In this document: positions 26,158 through 40,914 of the stretch, piece by piece | How the letters are laid out: each line of letters opens with the position of its first letter | Position numbering within the stretch: the stretch's first letter is position 1 | NCBI GenBank assembly: GCA_964304625.1 | Contig: OZ199838.1 | Span: forward strand, 15,241,650 to 15,305,649 | Reading direction: 5' to 3' | Source: Kudoa neothunni | Taxonomy: Eukaryota; Animalia; Cnidaria | DNA: 64,000 nt | Translations under genes and position numbers: made by a program | The notes under the pieces: model-generated | Told to the model about the DNA's origin: nothing | Databases searched by the model: none | What the model saw: the letters and a program-made list of their open reading frames with translations, nothing else

Positions 26158-26863
26158 CAGTAATGGACCAGTCGTACGTACATTAGTTATTTTACATATT
26201 CAAAGGTTCTCTCATATTTATAATGATTTCAAAAATGATTTAATGTTATTACTACTCGCTCTAAATAATTTATAAGCATAAATAATACGAAAAAATAAAA
26301 AGTCACGTGAGGATCTGTCGTACGTACCCTTTTGCTTTGACCGAGTGATTAAATTGATTAAATTAAGCGTTTTCTTTCTTTTTATCACGATTAAACAATT
26401 AGTAAGTTTGTATAATTACATCAATGCAGTAGCTAGTTGAAAAATGAAGGATAAGCATAGAAACATGTTGTAGATACGTAGTAGCGTGGTTTATAATGAT
26501 GTCCACTCTAATTAATAGAAATGACAATGGCGCAATGACGGCCCCCTCAATAATTTAGAAACGGATGATGATTTCATTGATCAAAAATTGAGCCTTTCAG
26601 AGATGGTCTTATTTTATTTAGAAGGGCTTGGCAACTATTTTAAACATCATGGCTCAGAAAAGTGGGAGTTAATGTCTGATTCTATTCCAGATGTTTATTC
26701 ATTTATAAATCGTAATTTTAAACAAAAAAAAACAATAGTCTTTTCATCAATATTTATGTTACAGCTAGTTTTGTTTTCAACATTTCCGTGCGCGTACGCA
26801 AAAATACGTATTACTGGTCCCGTCCCGGCCTGATATCACGTACGACCGACCGATCCATTACTG
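26158..26863. mobile_element. TA-flanked MITE, copy 2 (inverted relative to 8370-9646)
   Basis: CAGTAATGGA termini; internal homology, e.g. 26300-26350 against the reverse complement of 9440-9495. Confidence 0.8.
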
Positions 26864-28376
26864 CATTAAATTTTTGGAAATATTGTAATGATCGAAAGGT
26901 TTCACTTTAAGACGATAACGAATTAAAATGACGCAAGACTTAACCTCATATTTACAAACTAAACAATTCACCTCATCACTCGACAACTAATCATCGATTA
27001 AATTTCAACGCGTGATGAAATCTCGTTGTTTTACACCTAGTCACTTGGTTTAATACTTTCGATATAGCATGCACATGTAAAATGGATTTCATGAATAGTA
27101 GTAACTCAATCATATTTGAAATTGATAAAAATATTTTGATTCAACTTTACCTTGAGAAAAAAAGATCATTACGTAAATCATAGTCACGTTATGGAAAAAA
27201 TTTGTTTAATAACCAGTTTATTATATGTATCCTCATACCTTTGTTATAATTTAAATTCCCCTAACATTTGACATAAACGCACAACATAGTAGTTATAAAT
27301 GTGAAGAGAAAGTGGCAATACGATATTATATTGATTGGGTGTAGTGTTGGTTACAAGGTTAAAAAAGTTAAAGAATCACTTTCCAATTTAGCACTATTTA
27401 TCTGCACCATCTAAAAATACACAAATATAGTACCTTTGATGGGATAATTAGTGAGAAATAAAAGACAGTTTTAAGTTAATATTGTTGTTAATGGCCAAAT
27501 TAATAGTAATCTTATAATGTTGCTATGAATGAGTATTGAACAAAAAATATTTTAGCGATCTATATCTAGTTTCATAATGGTTGAAACATACGGCATCTGT
27601 ACCACAGTTGCCTATCTTTCAGTCGTTTGTTGTAATTGGAAGATTATGAAATTAGTGAAGTGTGGTTTAATCAGAAGCACACAAGCAGCCCTATGAGAAT
27701 TACAGAAGATCAGAATCATCTACAAAATTCGGTACATGTGATTCGATTAGGTTGAAGTGAAGGCTTAAAAAACAAACAGAGATGAAACTTCGCTGAGACA
27801 AAACGGATTAAGTTATAATTGGTAGGAGATTAAATGCCGTTTAGGGCCCAATCGTAACATGACGATAGTTTCGATAATACTACTTATACGCCAGATGAAT
27901 CGCCATAATAGAAATTATATGGGTACTTAATAGTAGTTATAGTGATTGATGGTGGTTAGTTAAAAGGTAGTAGTTGTGAGCAATTGAACGAGTATCTAGC
28001 TGGGGGATTAAATAGTGATACAGTAATTAACACGAAATTCAATCGTTTTCTAAAGATAACGCAATCCAAATCGATAAATCCTGCCAAAATTGGCCAAACA
28101 TATCAATTAAACTATTTAACAACCCGATACATATATATATAAAATCATTTATCAAACAATTTGATCGGCTGACTATTTTGAGTTGCACTTCACACTGTGT
28201 ATTAATAATGATGTTATTAGTTTTAGGGGTCGAATTCATACGAGATTCGATAGTTACTGACGATTTGTAGGGGCAATAATTTAGTTGGCGCAACCATTAT
28301 TTCAACGATCTCCCCCAAGTTATCATTGTTTATTTAATTGATATTTAATGTGGTGATACTTATTGCAGAATTCTCT

Positions 28377-29893
28377 ATGGTTCCAGCAAGCAATATTAAA
28401 ATGCCATCAGAGAGCCATAGCAGGAACGTGCTGATTGATGGTCGCTATTTGTTAGGCAAAAAATTAGGTGCAGGGAACTTTGGTGAAATTCGAATAGGTA
28501 CTTTTGTGGTTGGTTGTAGTGGTGATTGTTTCAACCTATTTTATCTTCAGCCAAAGATGAACAAACAGAAAAAAAATATGCTGTCAAACTGGTAATTGAT
28601 TGAATGAATTATCGTCTCATCCGTAATTTTTATGTTTTTTATGGTGTTTATGCGATTAGGAACCTACCAATTTCAGCAATAGACAATTGTATTTGGAAAA
28701 TAAATTCTATCGAGCTATGCATGATGGTAGTTTTGCAGGTATAAATACTAATAGTTGTCGCGGCAGTATTACAACATTTATTCTATATGTTTTTCATATT
28801 CACATGATTACAATCATTAATTTCTCTATTAGAGGGAATACCCAGAGTCTACTATTACGGCATGGCAGGCAAATATTATTCGTTAGTTATGGATTTGTTG
28901 GGCTATTCGCTGGAAGAACTTTTCGAACTGTGTAGTAGAAAATTTTCGGTCAGAACTGTCTGCCAAATTGCCATTCAAACAGTAACTCAAATTACCAAAT
29001 TACCACATCAATTTCTTTTCACTCATCGACATATACACTAGATCCGACGTATTCAAACTGTACACTCGCATCACATTGTCTACAGAGATATCAAACCCGA
29101 AAATTTTCTGATCGGAAACGATACAGACACTTGGACTAAAATTTATATTGTTGACTTTGGTCTCTCCAAACACTACATCGATCCCCAATCGTTGCGTCAT
29201 ATCCCATACAAAGAACACAAAAGTTTGACCGGCACTGCTCGCTACATGAGTATCAATACCCATATGGGCATTGAACAAAGTAGAAGAGATGATTTGGAAT
29301 CGTTGGGCCATATGTTTTTCTATCTTCTCAAAGGGCAACTACCTTGGCAAGGTCTCAAAGCTAACGATATTAAAGAGCGATATCAACGCATAGGGGAAGT
29401 CAAACGTTCCACTCCTATTGATGTTCTATGTCAAAATTGTCCAAGTAGCTTAGATATCTGTTGAAATTTGTTTGTAATGAGTTTTTGTTTTATTAATGCA
29501 ACAGGTGAATTTGGTACCTATCTAAAGTATTCTCGACAGTTAGACTTCTATCAGGAACCTGAATATGATTATTTGGTTGGATTGTTCGAGAAACTACTTA
29601 ACAACATCACCGACAAGAGTGGCAGCGATTTTGATTGGGTTAAAAACAAAAGTTTCAAATTCCGGACATTATCCGAATCACACTTTCCCCGACATAGCAC
29701 ATCTAACACTCCCGTACATCATCGCCTCTACACTCCAAACAACAGTAAATTTGTTGAACAGGTGGGCCACAGTGGTGAAATGGACAAATATCACAATCCC
29801 AATCGGAAAATGAAATCCACAACTGTTGCACAGCGTCAAACTGTCCCGACTAAAAAGACAAAGAAAAAATTCTCGTTAAATTGCTGTAACTAA
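28377..29893 (+). CDS. CSNK1G: Casein kinase I, gamma/gilgamesh type
   Basis: Exons 28377-28497, 28551-28591, 28660-28738, 28833-28981, 29042-29444, 29505-29893 splice in frame. Motifs [54 protein letters not shown]; basic tail ending LNCCN, consistent with the palmitoylated gamma isoform. Confidence 0.93.
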
Positions 29894-30262
29894 CAACGTA
29901 AAATTTTTCTATGAGTATTTCCCATTGCTGTCATCTACCAACTCATATCACCAACAATTCCCAAACTGTATCCAACACTTTGGTATACGCCTGTTTTTTA
30001 ACCGTACTATGTCACATGTAACCACATTTGTAATAATTCAACCTTCTCCCATTGACACCATTCATCATTGGAGTGCTAGTTCCTCACACTTTTTTATGTA
30101 TATGTATTTTTCGATTTATTTGTCAACATTACACAAAAATATCCAGTTCTATGAATGGTTTTTTGTATTATATTATCTTCAAAATATTTCTATTATATTA
30201 TATCTTATATTGTCATTTTAGATTGGTGTTTTTGGCGCAATGTATTATTTTTTATGTAATAA

Positions 30263-31244
30263 CTAGCGCGAACTGCCCAGCTTCGCACAGGATTGAGAAA
30301 ATTTCATCATAGAAGAATACGGTCAAAAAATAAAGAAATATAACACTTTTGATTAGCCCCGAGGAGAGATTAAATACATCTTTTTTATATATATCATACT
30401 TTAACGACTGTGAGGGGCACAGTAAAAAATTCAGACCATTTTAGGGAGATAATGAAGGTAGCAAAACCTGAACAACTCGATAATTACTTACGATAATTTT
30501 TATTATTGCTCAAATTAATATATTTATCCGACACATTTTTATACACTCTCTCCTCAAAACTGTTGTGTAGCCTCTTAATATAAACAAAAATATGTTAAAT
30601 AATTAGGCGAAGTGAGATTTCAATCTCTACGTTAACTCCTATCGCTTAAAATTAAGTCTTACATTTGCTATAATGAAATTTGGGGACTTAGTTTCAGTAT
30701 ATAAGGATTGCATCCATCTGATTAAACATACACTTCCAATTCTTCATTAATTTAGAAAATTAGCATATTTTTGCTATGTTAAATGCCATTTAATATAGTA
30801 ATTTTATAGTGTCCTTATCAGGTCAAATATATTAAAAGTTCCAAAAATAAGGAATGTATTTAGGCACATATCTACTTTAAATGTGCAGATAGATAAACAA
30901 TATAAGATGTATCTTGAAACCGTGGATGTATAGCATAAGATTGAACCACTAAAAACGCTCAAAACAACTTGCAGAAGTTCAGTATTGATAAATGAGGCCA
31001 TGAATAAACAATATAATCCTATTATCGAACCTCGTAATCCACTTAACAAACCTAACATCGAGGACATCACAATTTCCTACATTAATTTTGAATTTTGGTC
31101 AGTGCAATAACTAATGAGAGAATTTTTAATTTATCGCAGACTATTAAAAGTTCCATAAATATCTCTCTATAAGGAAGATTTTCGGCCACACCTGCGTACT
31201 TATGGGCACACACACGAACACTTCAGCTCTATTTATATAGTGGA
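30263..31244 (-). mobile_element. Non-autonomous Helitron
   Basis: On the minus strand A|TC..CTAG|T, no TSD, degenerate GC hairpin just before CTAG, and a TATATAAATAGAGCTGAAG plus GT-rich head. Confidence 0.65.
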
Positions 31245-31949
31245 TAAATGATTTCTAATAATAATCTAGAACTAATATAGTGAGGACTTGTGAATAATAC
31301 AATAATTTACGTGTTGTGCGCGATATCGCAATAAAACATAAATTAACCAGTGTATAGAAAATTTAATTTCTATTCCGTGAAATTTGACACCAATAGCATA
31401 TTACCTCAATTTGAGTTTAGAAAAATTAAGGCATCAACAGTCTTTATGAATTTTATGTTCTATGCGAACATGTGGCTCGTGCGTAATGATTTTTCATTCA
31501 TAACTACTAATACTACGGCTTGTTCGTCAACAGACAATTAATGAATCTAAAACTGATTGACAAAATTTGCTGAAAATTTATTAATTAATATAATCCAAAA
31601 AGAGCGATTGATTTATCAATTTTTAATCATATACACACATGTTATATATGCTACATTAAAAACACCTTCAATTCTTAATACATAAGCAATTTTTAATTAG
31701 TTTACCGAATAGATACAGAATAACTATGCCGATAATGGAGGCTTTTATATTCTTGATAAATTAACATTCAAAAATTAGCATTCAGATTAGGCGTTAACTA
31801 TTTCATAGGTATCTATTAGTCCTCTCGCGGAACTACCAGCTATTTCACAGGTAATTAATACCTCTAAAACTGATAATAGAATTTGTTGTAATTTCGTATA
31901 TTGAAGTAACTTCAACGAATGTCATTGTTTACAAACTCGTCAATAAATG

Positions 31950-32320
31950 TCTGCATTATATATTTATGGTGATATGAAGGTGGTTAAATCCGAAATAGAA
32001 GTGCGCAAGTCAATAGACAATCCGTCCTCGGACACTCTCGGTGCAAGTTTAACAGAACAGACATTTTTGAATTTTCTCTTATTTCATTATTCATTCTTTT
32101 TGTGGCTATTAGTTACACCGATAATACATGGATTTGTAATTTCGTAGTGACGAAATGTGGATTGGTTGATTTAGTTATCATGCTTTTAATATTTGAGAGG
32201 TTTCTTCCTGGCATTAATACAAGCTTAAATATGATGTCTTTTCATAAATCTCTATAGCACTTTCAAATTCATCAAAAGAATTAAATTTCATGCCAACGTT
32301 AAATAAACTCTGATTCATCA
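31950..32320 (-). pseudogene. MULE (FAR1/ZSWIM3-like) transposase N-terminal remnant
   Basis: MMNQSLFNVGMKFNSFDEFESAIEIYEK, then HYEITNPCIIG and FNHLHI with stops. Confidence 0.5.
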
Positions 32321-32799
32321 TTCTTATGCACAAATTAATGAATAACACACACGTAATCAGGAAAAATTGTCGTTATGGGTTTATAAAATTGTTTAATACA
32401 TTTTTGGAAGAATACTTTGATTGATAATATGTTGCTAAAGTTAAAAAACCCGCTCACATTCAGGCACGTGCGTTATTTTGGAGTCTTCTATATAACATAT
32501 TTGTATATGCTTCAAAATTAATAAATCAGCTACTCTTTTTAGATTATATTAATGTATAAATTTTCAGTACGTCTAGCCGGTTAGTTTTAGAGATATTAAT
32601 TGCCTGTGAAATAGCCTGTTCCGCAAGAGGATTATCAGGTACCCGTAAAATAGCCACTGCTAAAAATATACCTATTTTAAAGAAATCAATTATATTTTTA
32701 CAATAATCTATTTTTATTGAAACAATATGTTATTTAATGTTATTTGTGATCATATTTATAAATATGTATGCCGTAATTTTACGATGTTAACTCATTATT

Positions 32800-34020
32800 T
32801 CGTCTAGATAATCAATTCCTCTCTGTCGTATATTTATTCTGCTTGTTTAAACCTTTAAATACATCTTTTTCTGATATAAATTCTGCCATTCCTAAATGTT
32901 CAGTTTCAGAATCTGCAAATCCAACAATCAAAGGAGCAAGCTCGTCAAAATGTTTTGATGTAGGCATAATGACTTCCTCTTGAATAATCTCGGAATTTCC
33001 GGCTGAGAATTCTTTATTGCGAAAATTAATATTTGATGAACGCTCGCATTCATCGACTGCAGGAAACCCACATTTTCTGAAACAATTAAATACAATATCC
33101 TTTGAAACACCGTCCCGTGATTTTTTAGTTAGGAACAATGTTTTAAGCGAATGTTTGGAGAATGTATTATATCACTGCTAACTGCAACAATATGGCTTTC
33201 TATTTAATTATTTTTGTAATTTTATTTGGATGAGAAAATGATTCCATGGTCTAATAATTGCAAAACGCTAGTTGAATTCTTTGTAAGGAATATAAGAGAG
33301 ATATTGGACAAATGAATTTAGGCGTGCAAAGTGGCATTATAAAGAAACAGCAAAGCTTTCTTGTACTTCGTTTTGAATACCTTGTCAAAATTAGAAGGAT
33401 ATTTTTTTAAATGTTTTCCTAGTCGTCCATTCTTTCCTATTAAATCTGTATTTTACTAGAAATGTTTCAGCATTTTCAAAACAACGTGGTTTTTGTGATT
33501 TCCGACCACAAGAGATTCCATGCGACTTCCAAGCAAGGATGCATATCGCAAAACAATAACTATTTTTATATTTTTTTCTCCCCACAAAGCATAACATTAA
33601 AAATAATGGACCTCGATGTTGTTAGTAAAATAGTGCAATTTCGTCAAGGTTATAGATACGGTCATCGTTCTTACCTTTGACTTAGTCGTTCAATTTAAAT
33701 TACAAATTTTCTACAAAACCTTAGCTAACATGAACAGCATCACCATGGGAAGCGATATTTTTAAATTAAATCGTGATTTAAAACCAAGAAATCAATCATG
33801 AGTCATTACCACACTTAGGTTCAATTCTTTTGTCAATTGGTTTCTTTCAAGTATGATATTATGAGTAGATAGTTTAATTTTTTCTCTCTTCCTAATAAAG
33901 ATGACATCTGGAGTAGAAATAGAAGGAAGCTTAAATTTACGAAAAGTAGTTTTTTGTACACAAGTTTAGTATACTTTGGAAAAATAAAAAAATTTATATT
34001 TTAGTTATATTATTTCCCAT
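32800..34020 (-). pseudogene. Tigger/pogo (DDE_1) transposase remnant
   Basis: KPRCF..KYRFNRKEWTT, FLTKNSTSVLQLLDHGII, VSKDIVFNCFRKCGF; many frameshifts. Confidence 0.75.
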
Positions 34021-34579
34021 TTTTAAATTTTCCAGACATTTTAAATATAAAAAAGACAAACCATTAAATCCGCCTATAACTGAAAATTTACGGAAAATCG
34101 GTTAAATGCTAATAATAGGAAAAACCACTTCCCAATGTTGAATTTTTAAAATTTTTGTAAATTATTATTAAAACCGACAAATAAAATCAAATATGTAGTT
34201 TAAAATATTAAAATAATATTTTAAGGGAAGAAAGACTGAAGTTATCGAAAATCGGTTACCTACCTAGTGTATTTAATTTTTCTATAATAGACAATAATGT
34301 AAGACGAAATCAATTATAACATAGGTAAATTAAGATTAATCATAGTTAAAATTATTTATAAACATATTTATTTTTATAACTAAAATAAAAAAAGATTAAT
34401 CGTTTATTACAAGCGCTTTCTGTAAGATAATTGACATTAATAAAGTTTTTATACAATCTTGCGTGTTGCGTTATTTTATTAGTTTAATTTTAGAATTCAT
34501 AATATATTTATTTGTTTTTAAGGAAAAGATATTTCTAATTTTATTAAGCAAATAATGATTATAACGAAACTATAGTTAA

Positions 34580-34811
34580 TTAGCGCTAATGCCCAGCTTT
34601 GCCTGGTACTATGTGATAGAAAATTTTTACTTATAGTTTTATTTTTGAATGGATAAATTTACGGAATATTTAGTCTAATTAACATGTTAAACCCTATAAA
34701 TTTTATTTTTCTATTGTAATTGGTGCATTTTAAAGCTTGCCATTATTTTCGCAATGTGATGATTTAGATAAACGAAATTATGCGCACACCTTCCATTCAA
34801 ATATAAATAGA
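34580..34811 (-). mobile_element. Possible short Helitron related to 30263
   Basis: TAGCGCTAATGCCCAGCTTTGCCTGG matches the 30263 terminus. The 5' end is either at 34811 or at the similar head near 36424-36430. Confidence 0.4.
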
Positions 34812-37029
34812 TGTATGGAGAGAAATTAATGAATAATTTTAAATTTATTTTACAAATTATTGACCAAAATTGTGATGAACTTAATTTTAAGGGAAATGTA
34901 ATTAGTGATTAAAGTTCAGTTATTTATGAAACAAAATCATCAAGTAACTCAAATAGGACTTTCAGTTATTTTCAAAATCTTACGATAAAAATTAATCCAA
35001 CTAATTATAAAATGTATTATTAGTCCACAAATAATAATAAAAATAAAATCGACCTAAGATGAGTCAGAAACAAATACATTAATTGTTATTCCTTTTTTCG
35101 CAATTTATAATGACGCCAACGATGTTTTAAAAAGCTGTGAGCGGTAACTTACGTATTCATTATTGTAACAAAATTTCCCGATTTATAAATAAATCCAACC
35201 TTGTTTTTTATCAAAAATACTTACTAGTTCCAAAATATACACATTAATTAACAAAGTACGATTAAATCAGAAATGTAATTGTGTTTTTGGTTTGAAAAAT
35301 TACAGTAATGCTTAAACATCAACTGGTTTTCTTGAGGGATGCACCCTTTACAAATTAACGTATTGATTGATTGTCCTAAAAAATTTCTTCGTATTGAACT
35401 ATTCTTAAATTAACGAAAACTTTGTGAAAATATCGGTAAGATCGAACAGACCAATAATTTCTTATTAACTTACATGTCATATACTGAGAAGGGACTGTAT
35501 TTTGTGCAAAAGTAATCGTAAATCTAAATTCTTAAATTACATATAGAATGCGGTGTCATATTTTTATGCAGTTTTTATATCAAAATGAATTAATGCGAGC
35601 CTACAGAAAACAGTATATTGATTTGAATATTAACCTTAAAGTCTGGGGTAAGGATTAATTAGGTTACTAAGAACTTAAACATTATTTAAAAAAATTGTCT
35701 CATCAAATATAGAAACTTATCGAAAAGACGAATATAGTTTCAATCTCAATCGATATATACTATAAAAAGAAATTTTTAATTAAGAAGTTATCACAAAAAT
35801 TTAGTTATATGAAAACTCTACGCACATCTTACATCGTTTTTAGAATGCGTAAAGAGACCCAAATTATTTCAGCGTGGCAACAACTTGTTATCTCAAATTA
35901 TGTGTTTTATTTAAAATGATCATAATCTATTTTTCTTAACTATATCCATAACGTTCAAAAAGAGAAAACACATACCAAATAACTTGTGTATACTTCAAAT
36001 TTTAAGGGAAATGCGACAACCCTTGTAAATGTGACGTTAATAGTTTTATTTGTCTTAAAAATATTCCGAACAGACATATGTAAAATTTTTAGAACATTCT
36101 ATATCATAATTAAGAGACTCTTTTTCTATATAGTGAGTAAAAGTTTATTTTAATTGGCTATCAATCAGAAGTAAACCAATATCAATATTATTCAGATAGT
36201 TTTTAATCTGTTATTTGTGAGGACAACCAGAAAATTCCTGACTTCGGACTGTGTTATTGACTATATTTATACTTTTAAGTATATGATCGATTTTTATTAA
36301 TGGTTTTATCTATTCAAATACAAATTTACAGCTATATTTAAAGAAAGTTTCTCCGTGGCAAATGTGTACTGCTGCAAGCTGACACGCACCCGCTGACAGA
36401 CAAGAACTTTATTATGTACATAGATATAGATGCCATAAACCATTTTTTTGATTCATTATTCAAAAATATATTAAAATATGCTTAATAATTTATTTCAGAG
36501 GGTTTTTAAGATTTAAAATTAGTGTATTACGACAGAATCCCTTAGATGTGACAAAAAAGTGGAAATAGGTTCGAATCACTAATGATGTCTTACAGTACCT
36601 GTGATTATTTTACATCCAAATTTTTTGTGTTAGTTTAAACCACTCAATATTTATTTAAGAAATAAACAATACTTAAATTTTGCATCTTGTAAAAATTGAA
36701 ACTATTTTTATCAATTCAATATAAAATATAGTTAAAATACTAAGATTCTTGTTGAAATAATTTAAGAAATTCATAATTATATTTGTTATGAGACAAAAAT
36801 AATAAGTAAACTAAAAAAACTAGTTGAGTACAATTTCTTAAAATAATATAATGCTTTTACTCAAAGAGTAAGAAATAAAATAGGTTATTTTATTGGACAT
36901 AAGAGATGCCTTATTTTACACTTAAATACGTTTAGTTTGTTCCATTAATTATATAAAAAGTATTTGGATTATCTGATAAGGTAACTAAATTGATATATGC
37001 AATGAATCAAGGAATTCTCGATATTTTGT

Positions 37030-37800
37030 AAACATAAAATGGATTACACGTGGCGACGATTTATCCCAAATCAAAAGTTTGGTCAAAATTTAGAAATTAA
37101 TTTCATGGGCTGAATCTTTGTTCTCGATATTCTTTTTCGTTGATAAATATAATTGTGAAAAAACGCGTGGAAATGGGAGATTTTCTTAAGTCACAGGCTT
37201 TATAATTACCGGTGTTCCTTCATACAAGTTTATTGAAAAGGAATTTGCAATATCATCTAACACAATAGTTGACTGAAAGAACTTCATTTGAGACATATAC
37301 ACGAATTATCTTCTTATTAATCCAAGGAAAATTGGTGACGCTTGAATAATCGTCCAAATCGATGAAAACTTAATTTGCAAACCAAAGTATAATGTTGGAC
37401 GGATACTTGCAAATCAAAATCAACGGGTTTTTGGAGGAATTGATGAAGAAGGTAACATCACTATGGAGTTAACCTTGAAAAGTGTTCACAGCACCCTGAC
37501 AGAATTTATTGTGAAAAATGTTTACTCAGGTTCCATAATTTGATCAGACTCTTAGAAAGGGTGTCGAAAATTGTATGAGTATGGCTATTTTCACAAGATG
37601 GTGCATCATAATAAAGAATTTGTCTCTTCTGAAGGAATGCATGCGAATCACATTGAATCCACTTGGGAGCATGCAAAAAGAAGTTCAATCATGTCCACAA
37701 TAAATCGCCGAATCTTATTCCAAGTTATTTGGCGGAATATGTATTCAAAATAAAATTTCCCAAAAAAATATTCGATGAAATTAGTAACGTCATAAAAACA
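37030..37800 (+). pseudogene. Merlin (ISXO2/IS1595-like) transposase remnant
   Basis: KIGDA*IIVQIDENLICKPKYNVGR..VFGGID and VHHNKEFVSSEGMHANHIESTW; stops and frameshifts. Confidence 0.85.
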
Positions 37801-37898
37801 ATTTACAAATTTAACGATTAATATAACCACTTCCTTACGCGTCGCGCTAGAACGATAAATAATCTGAATTAATTTGATCTAAAATCGATATTAGTCGA

Positions 37899-37938
<40 letters not shown>

Positions 37939-38200
37939 TTATTCGTATGGGATTTGATAGATTTAAAAATAAGGACAGAAAGACTAAGCAATTATCGGCC
38001 AGATTTGAACAACATAATGAATTTATTTTTTAATGATTTCAATTTAATTCACGATAACTTCAAATATATTGTTAAATAAATTAAATAAAATTCGGATATA
38101 ATTAACGTAAAACACCTCACAACTAGAATTAAGTTGATAAGGGGTAATGGACTAATCAATTTTTTACAAAAAATAAATATTCAATATATTTTCACGATTA

Positions 38201-38876
38201 TAGTAGGCAACCTGTAATACGCCCTAAAACGCGCACGCAATATTATTTTTTTGTTTTCTTTATTTTTCAGTATGGGTATTACATCTTTTATTTAATTATA
38301 ATAACAAAAAAACATTATTAAGATTATTTGGCCGAAAGATAATTTGTAATTTTTATTTTAATCATTTATTGGTATAATATTTGTATCTTTTTACATTGGG
38401 ATAAAATTTAGTGAATAGTCAATTCTAAAAAATTCTAAATAGTATTTTTTAGTACAATATGAAGATTTTTTATATTTTAAGCTTAAAATCTTTAGTTATG
38501 TGCATCTATATCATTCTTTAATTGTCAACTAACATTGTCTTGAAATAAAGTTTATTCTATTTTCATTTTCATGAAATGATCATTTTTTGATGGATATTTC
38601 AAAGAACTTTTCTATTCGTTCAAAAATTCAACCGCTAGAATTAAAATTTTACCCTTGTTTTCAATAAAAACAATTTAATCTACGTGGTTGGGCCGAAAAA
38701 GTGCGTATTATCGGTTAGTCGCGTGATATAGCAGATTGGAAATTTCGTAATTTAATTCAAAAATATTTTTAAGACTTTTGTCTTGTTAAAATCAAAAAAA
38801 TAGTATAAAAAGTATCGCCCAATGTAAACTTTGACTACGTTGTAACGATGAAAGTGGGTATATCGGTTGCCTACTG
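38201..38876. mobile_element. pogo-type MITE
   Basis: TIRs TAGTAGGCAACC / CAGTAGGCAACC; TA on both sides. Confidence 0.6.
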
Positions 38877-38996
38877 TATAATATTAAAGACTTCTCAAAC
38901 ACATATTTTAAAAACCATTCAGTCAGTTATATTTAACAGCTAACCGAATTCAATAAAATTGAACAATATAAATAGAAGAAAAATTTTAATCTATAA

Positions 38997-39892
38997 TTAG
39001 GTATCAGTTTTTTTATTTTCAGCAAAGGAATCCCATGGGCTACTCAATTCAAATTTTCTATACTCCTGTGGAAATTGAATAGGTCGTTCGACCAAATAAA
39101 ACTCTTCAGGATCGAATCTCAACTACATGCAATCTTATTTATCAACCGAACACAGCCGCATTGACCTACCTCATAGAATCCGGAAAGCGGGAAATCTTTT
39201 CTTAGCGGATGGCCTTCAAATCCGTAATCAGTAAGAATACGTCTCATATCGGGATGATTTTTAAAATACACACCAAACATATCGTAAACCTACAGTGGAT
39301 AAGTTTGAAAATAATAAGCCAAATAAAGTGATACTTCACGCTCTGGCCAATTTGCAGATAAAAACAGACTAGTAACAGATTCCAACGGCGTCAGCTCATC
39401 AACACTGGTCTTTACTCGTATTCTGGCATTGTAATAAATGGATAATAGATTGTATATCACCTAGTGATGATAATTAGAATATAACTCAATAATACATATA
39501 GATTAATAAAACATGTAACCGTCGGATTCTCAATCAAAATGCAACCTTACTTCAAATCTGAACACTCGTTTAGGCACATCTACAGCGGTTATATCCATTA
39601 GCTGAATGTATTGGGTGTTCACATGTGACTTTAGAAACCTTAAAACAGGAAGAATAGATGTAGGTGGCACTATCAATTCCATCTCCTTAGTTTGTTCGTT
39701 CAAAAGAACAGCTTCTATGTGACGTGGAATCATATCGGCGATGTATTGACCGTGCTTCCTCATACTTTCCAGAAACTCGAGATCTATAAATATTTACACA
39801 TTTTCAGTGGGTACAAAAATGCTTTTGATTTGTTTATAATTGGGTGGGTGATGAGTAAACCGTCGAAAATGGGGATAAATTCGAGCCAACAT
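38997..39892 (-). CDS. NDUFS3: NADH:ubiquinone oxidoreductase 30 kDa subunit
   Basis: Five exons: presequence-like [12 protein letters not shown]; [15 protein letters not shown]; VIYNLLS..RIRVKT..ANWPERE; [36 protein letters not shown]; [16 protein letters not shown]. Confidence 0.95.
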
Positions 39893-40914
39893 TTAAAATA
39901 GTCGCTGCTGACCGACCTGACTCGGTGAGATATTTAATCCTTAAACTTTCTCCAAACGTAAATAAAAAATTTTTGTCGAAGACGATTATTTTTAAACTAT
40001 GAATTTCTACTCCCTATTTATGTAATTAACGTGGCATCAGTTACGTAAATGATTGCGGAATAATTTTCCTTATTATTAAAGATATAATCTTTATTGTTTA
40101 ACATATTTTTTAGATTAATTTAAATAAACGGATTTTCACATATTTAGGAATATACGTTACTTTATTTGTGATCATTCGGTTGGCAAGAGAAGACCTATGA
40201 AGTGACTTATTAGACTGTAAAATTCTCAACCTTTCAAGACCAGTTTCATAATCGTTTTGGGTTAAAATGCAGAATAATGACTGCATTTACTAAATAATGA
40301 TCATAATTAGTTCGAAAATTCATCATAAATTGTTTGAATCAAATAAATGTGATATTGTTTGAACAATTAATGGTAGTGATGTCTGAATTTCATCCAATAA
40401 ATTATTTTTGATATTAACGTTATGCATTTGTTACCATTATTTAACTAATGCTTATAAAAAATATGAAATTCTTATATATAAAGAATTGATACAGTAGACA
40501 ATCGCTAAGGTTATATCGTGATAATCCATCAAAATCAGAGTTTTCCGACCTCAATTTTAGAATACATAAAGCATGCTTTACGCGAACCGGCTTAGTTGGC
40601 GGTACAACCTGTTGAAATAATTGCGAAGAACTAGGAGTTCAACATACAATAGATTCCAGCAAGTATTATTGTGATGAAAAATAGCTGTTGCCAAAGTTAC
40701 CCTGCTGGAGATGCGTCATTGATAAATACTCAATAATAAAATATTCAACAGGTTCGTTTTTGTCCATTGTCTTTGATTTGGATTATGGCTATTATTCTAC
40801 ATTTAAACTTGGTTTTTGGTGATATCACGCATTTTTTAACGTTACCCTTATACAACGGAATGGGAGTGTGCTCCAATAGATCTCCGCCCTATCATTCCAT
40901 AAATTCCGAAGACA

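Noticed and set aside
29000-29338. Antisense or alternate-frame ORFs over real genes (also 3772-4110, 49731-50032, 55945-56142, 57105-57365)
   Set aside because: Shadows of the coding strand with no independent motifs.
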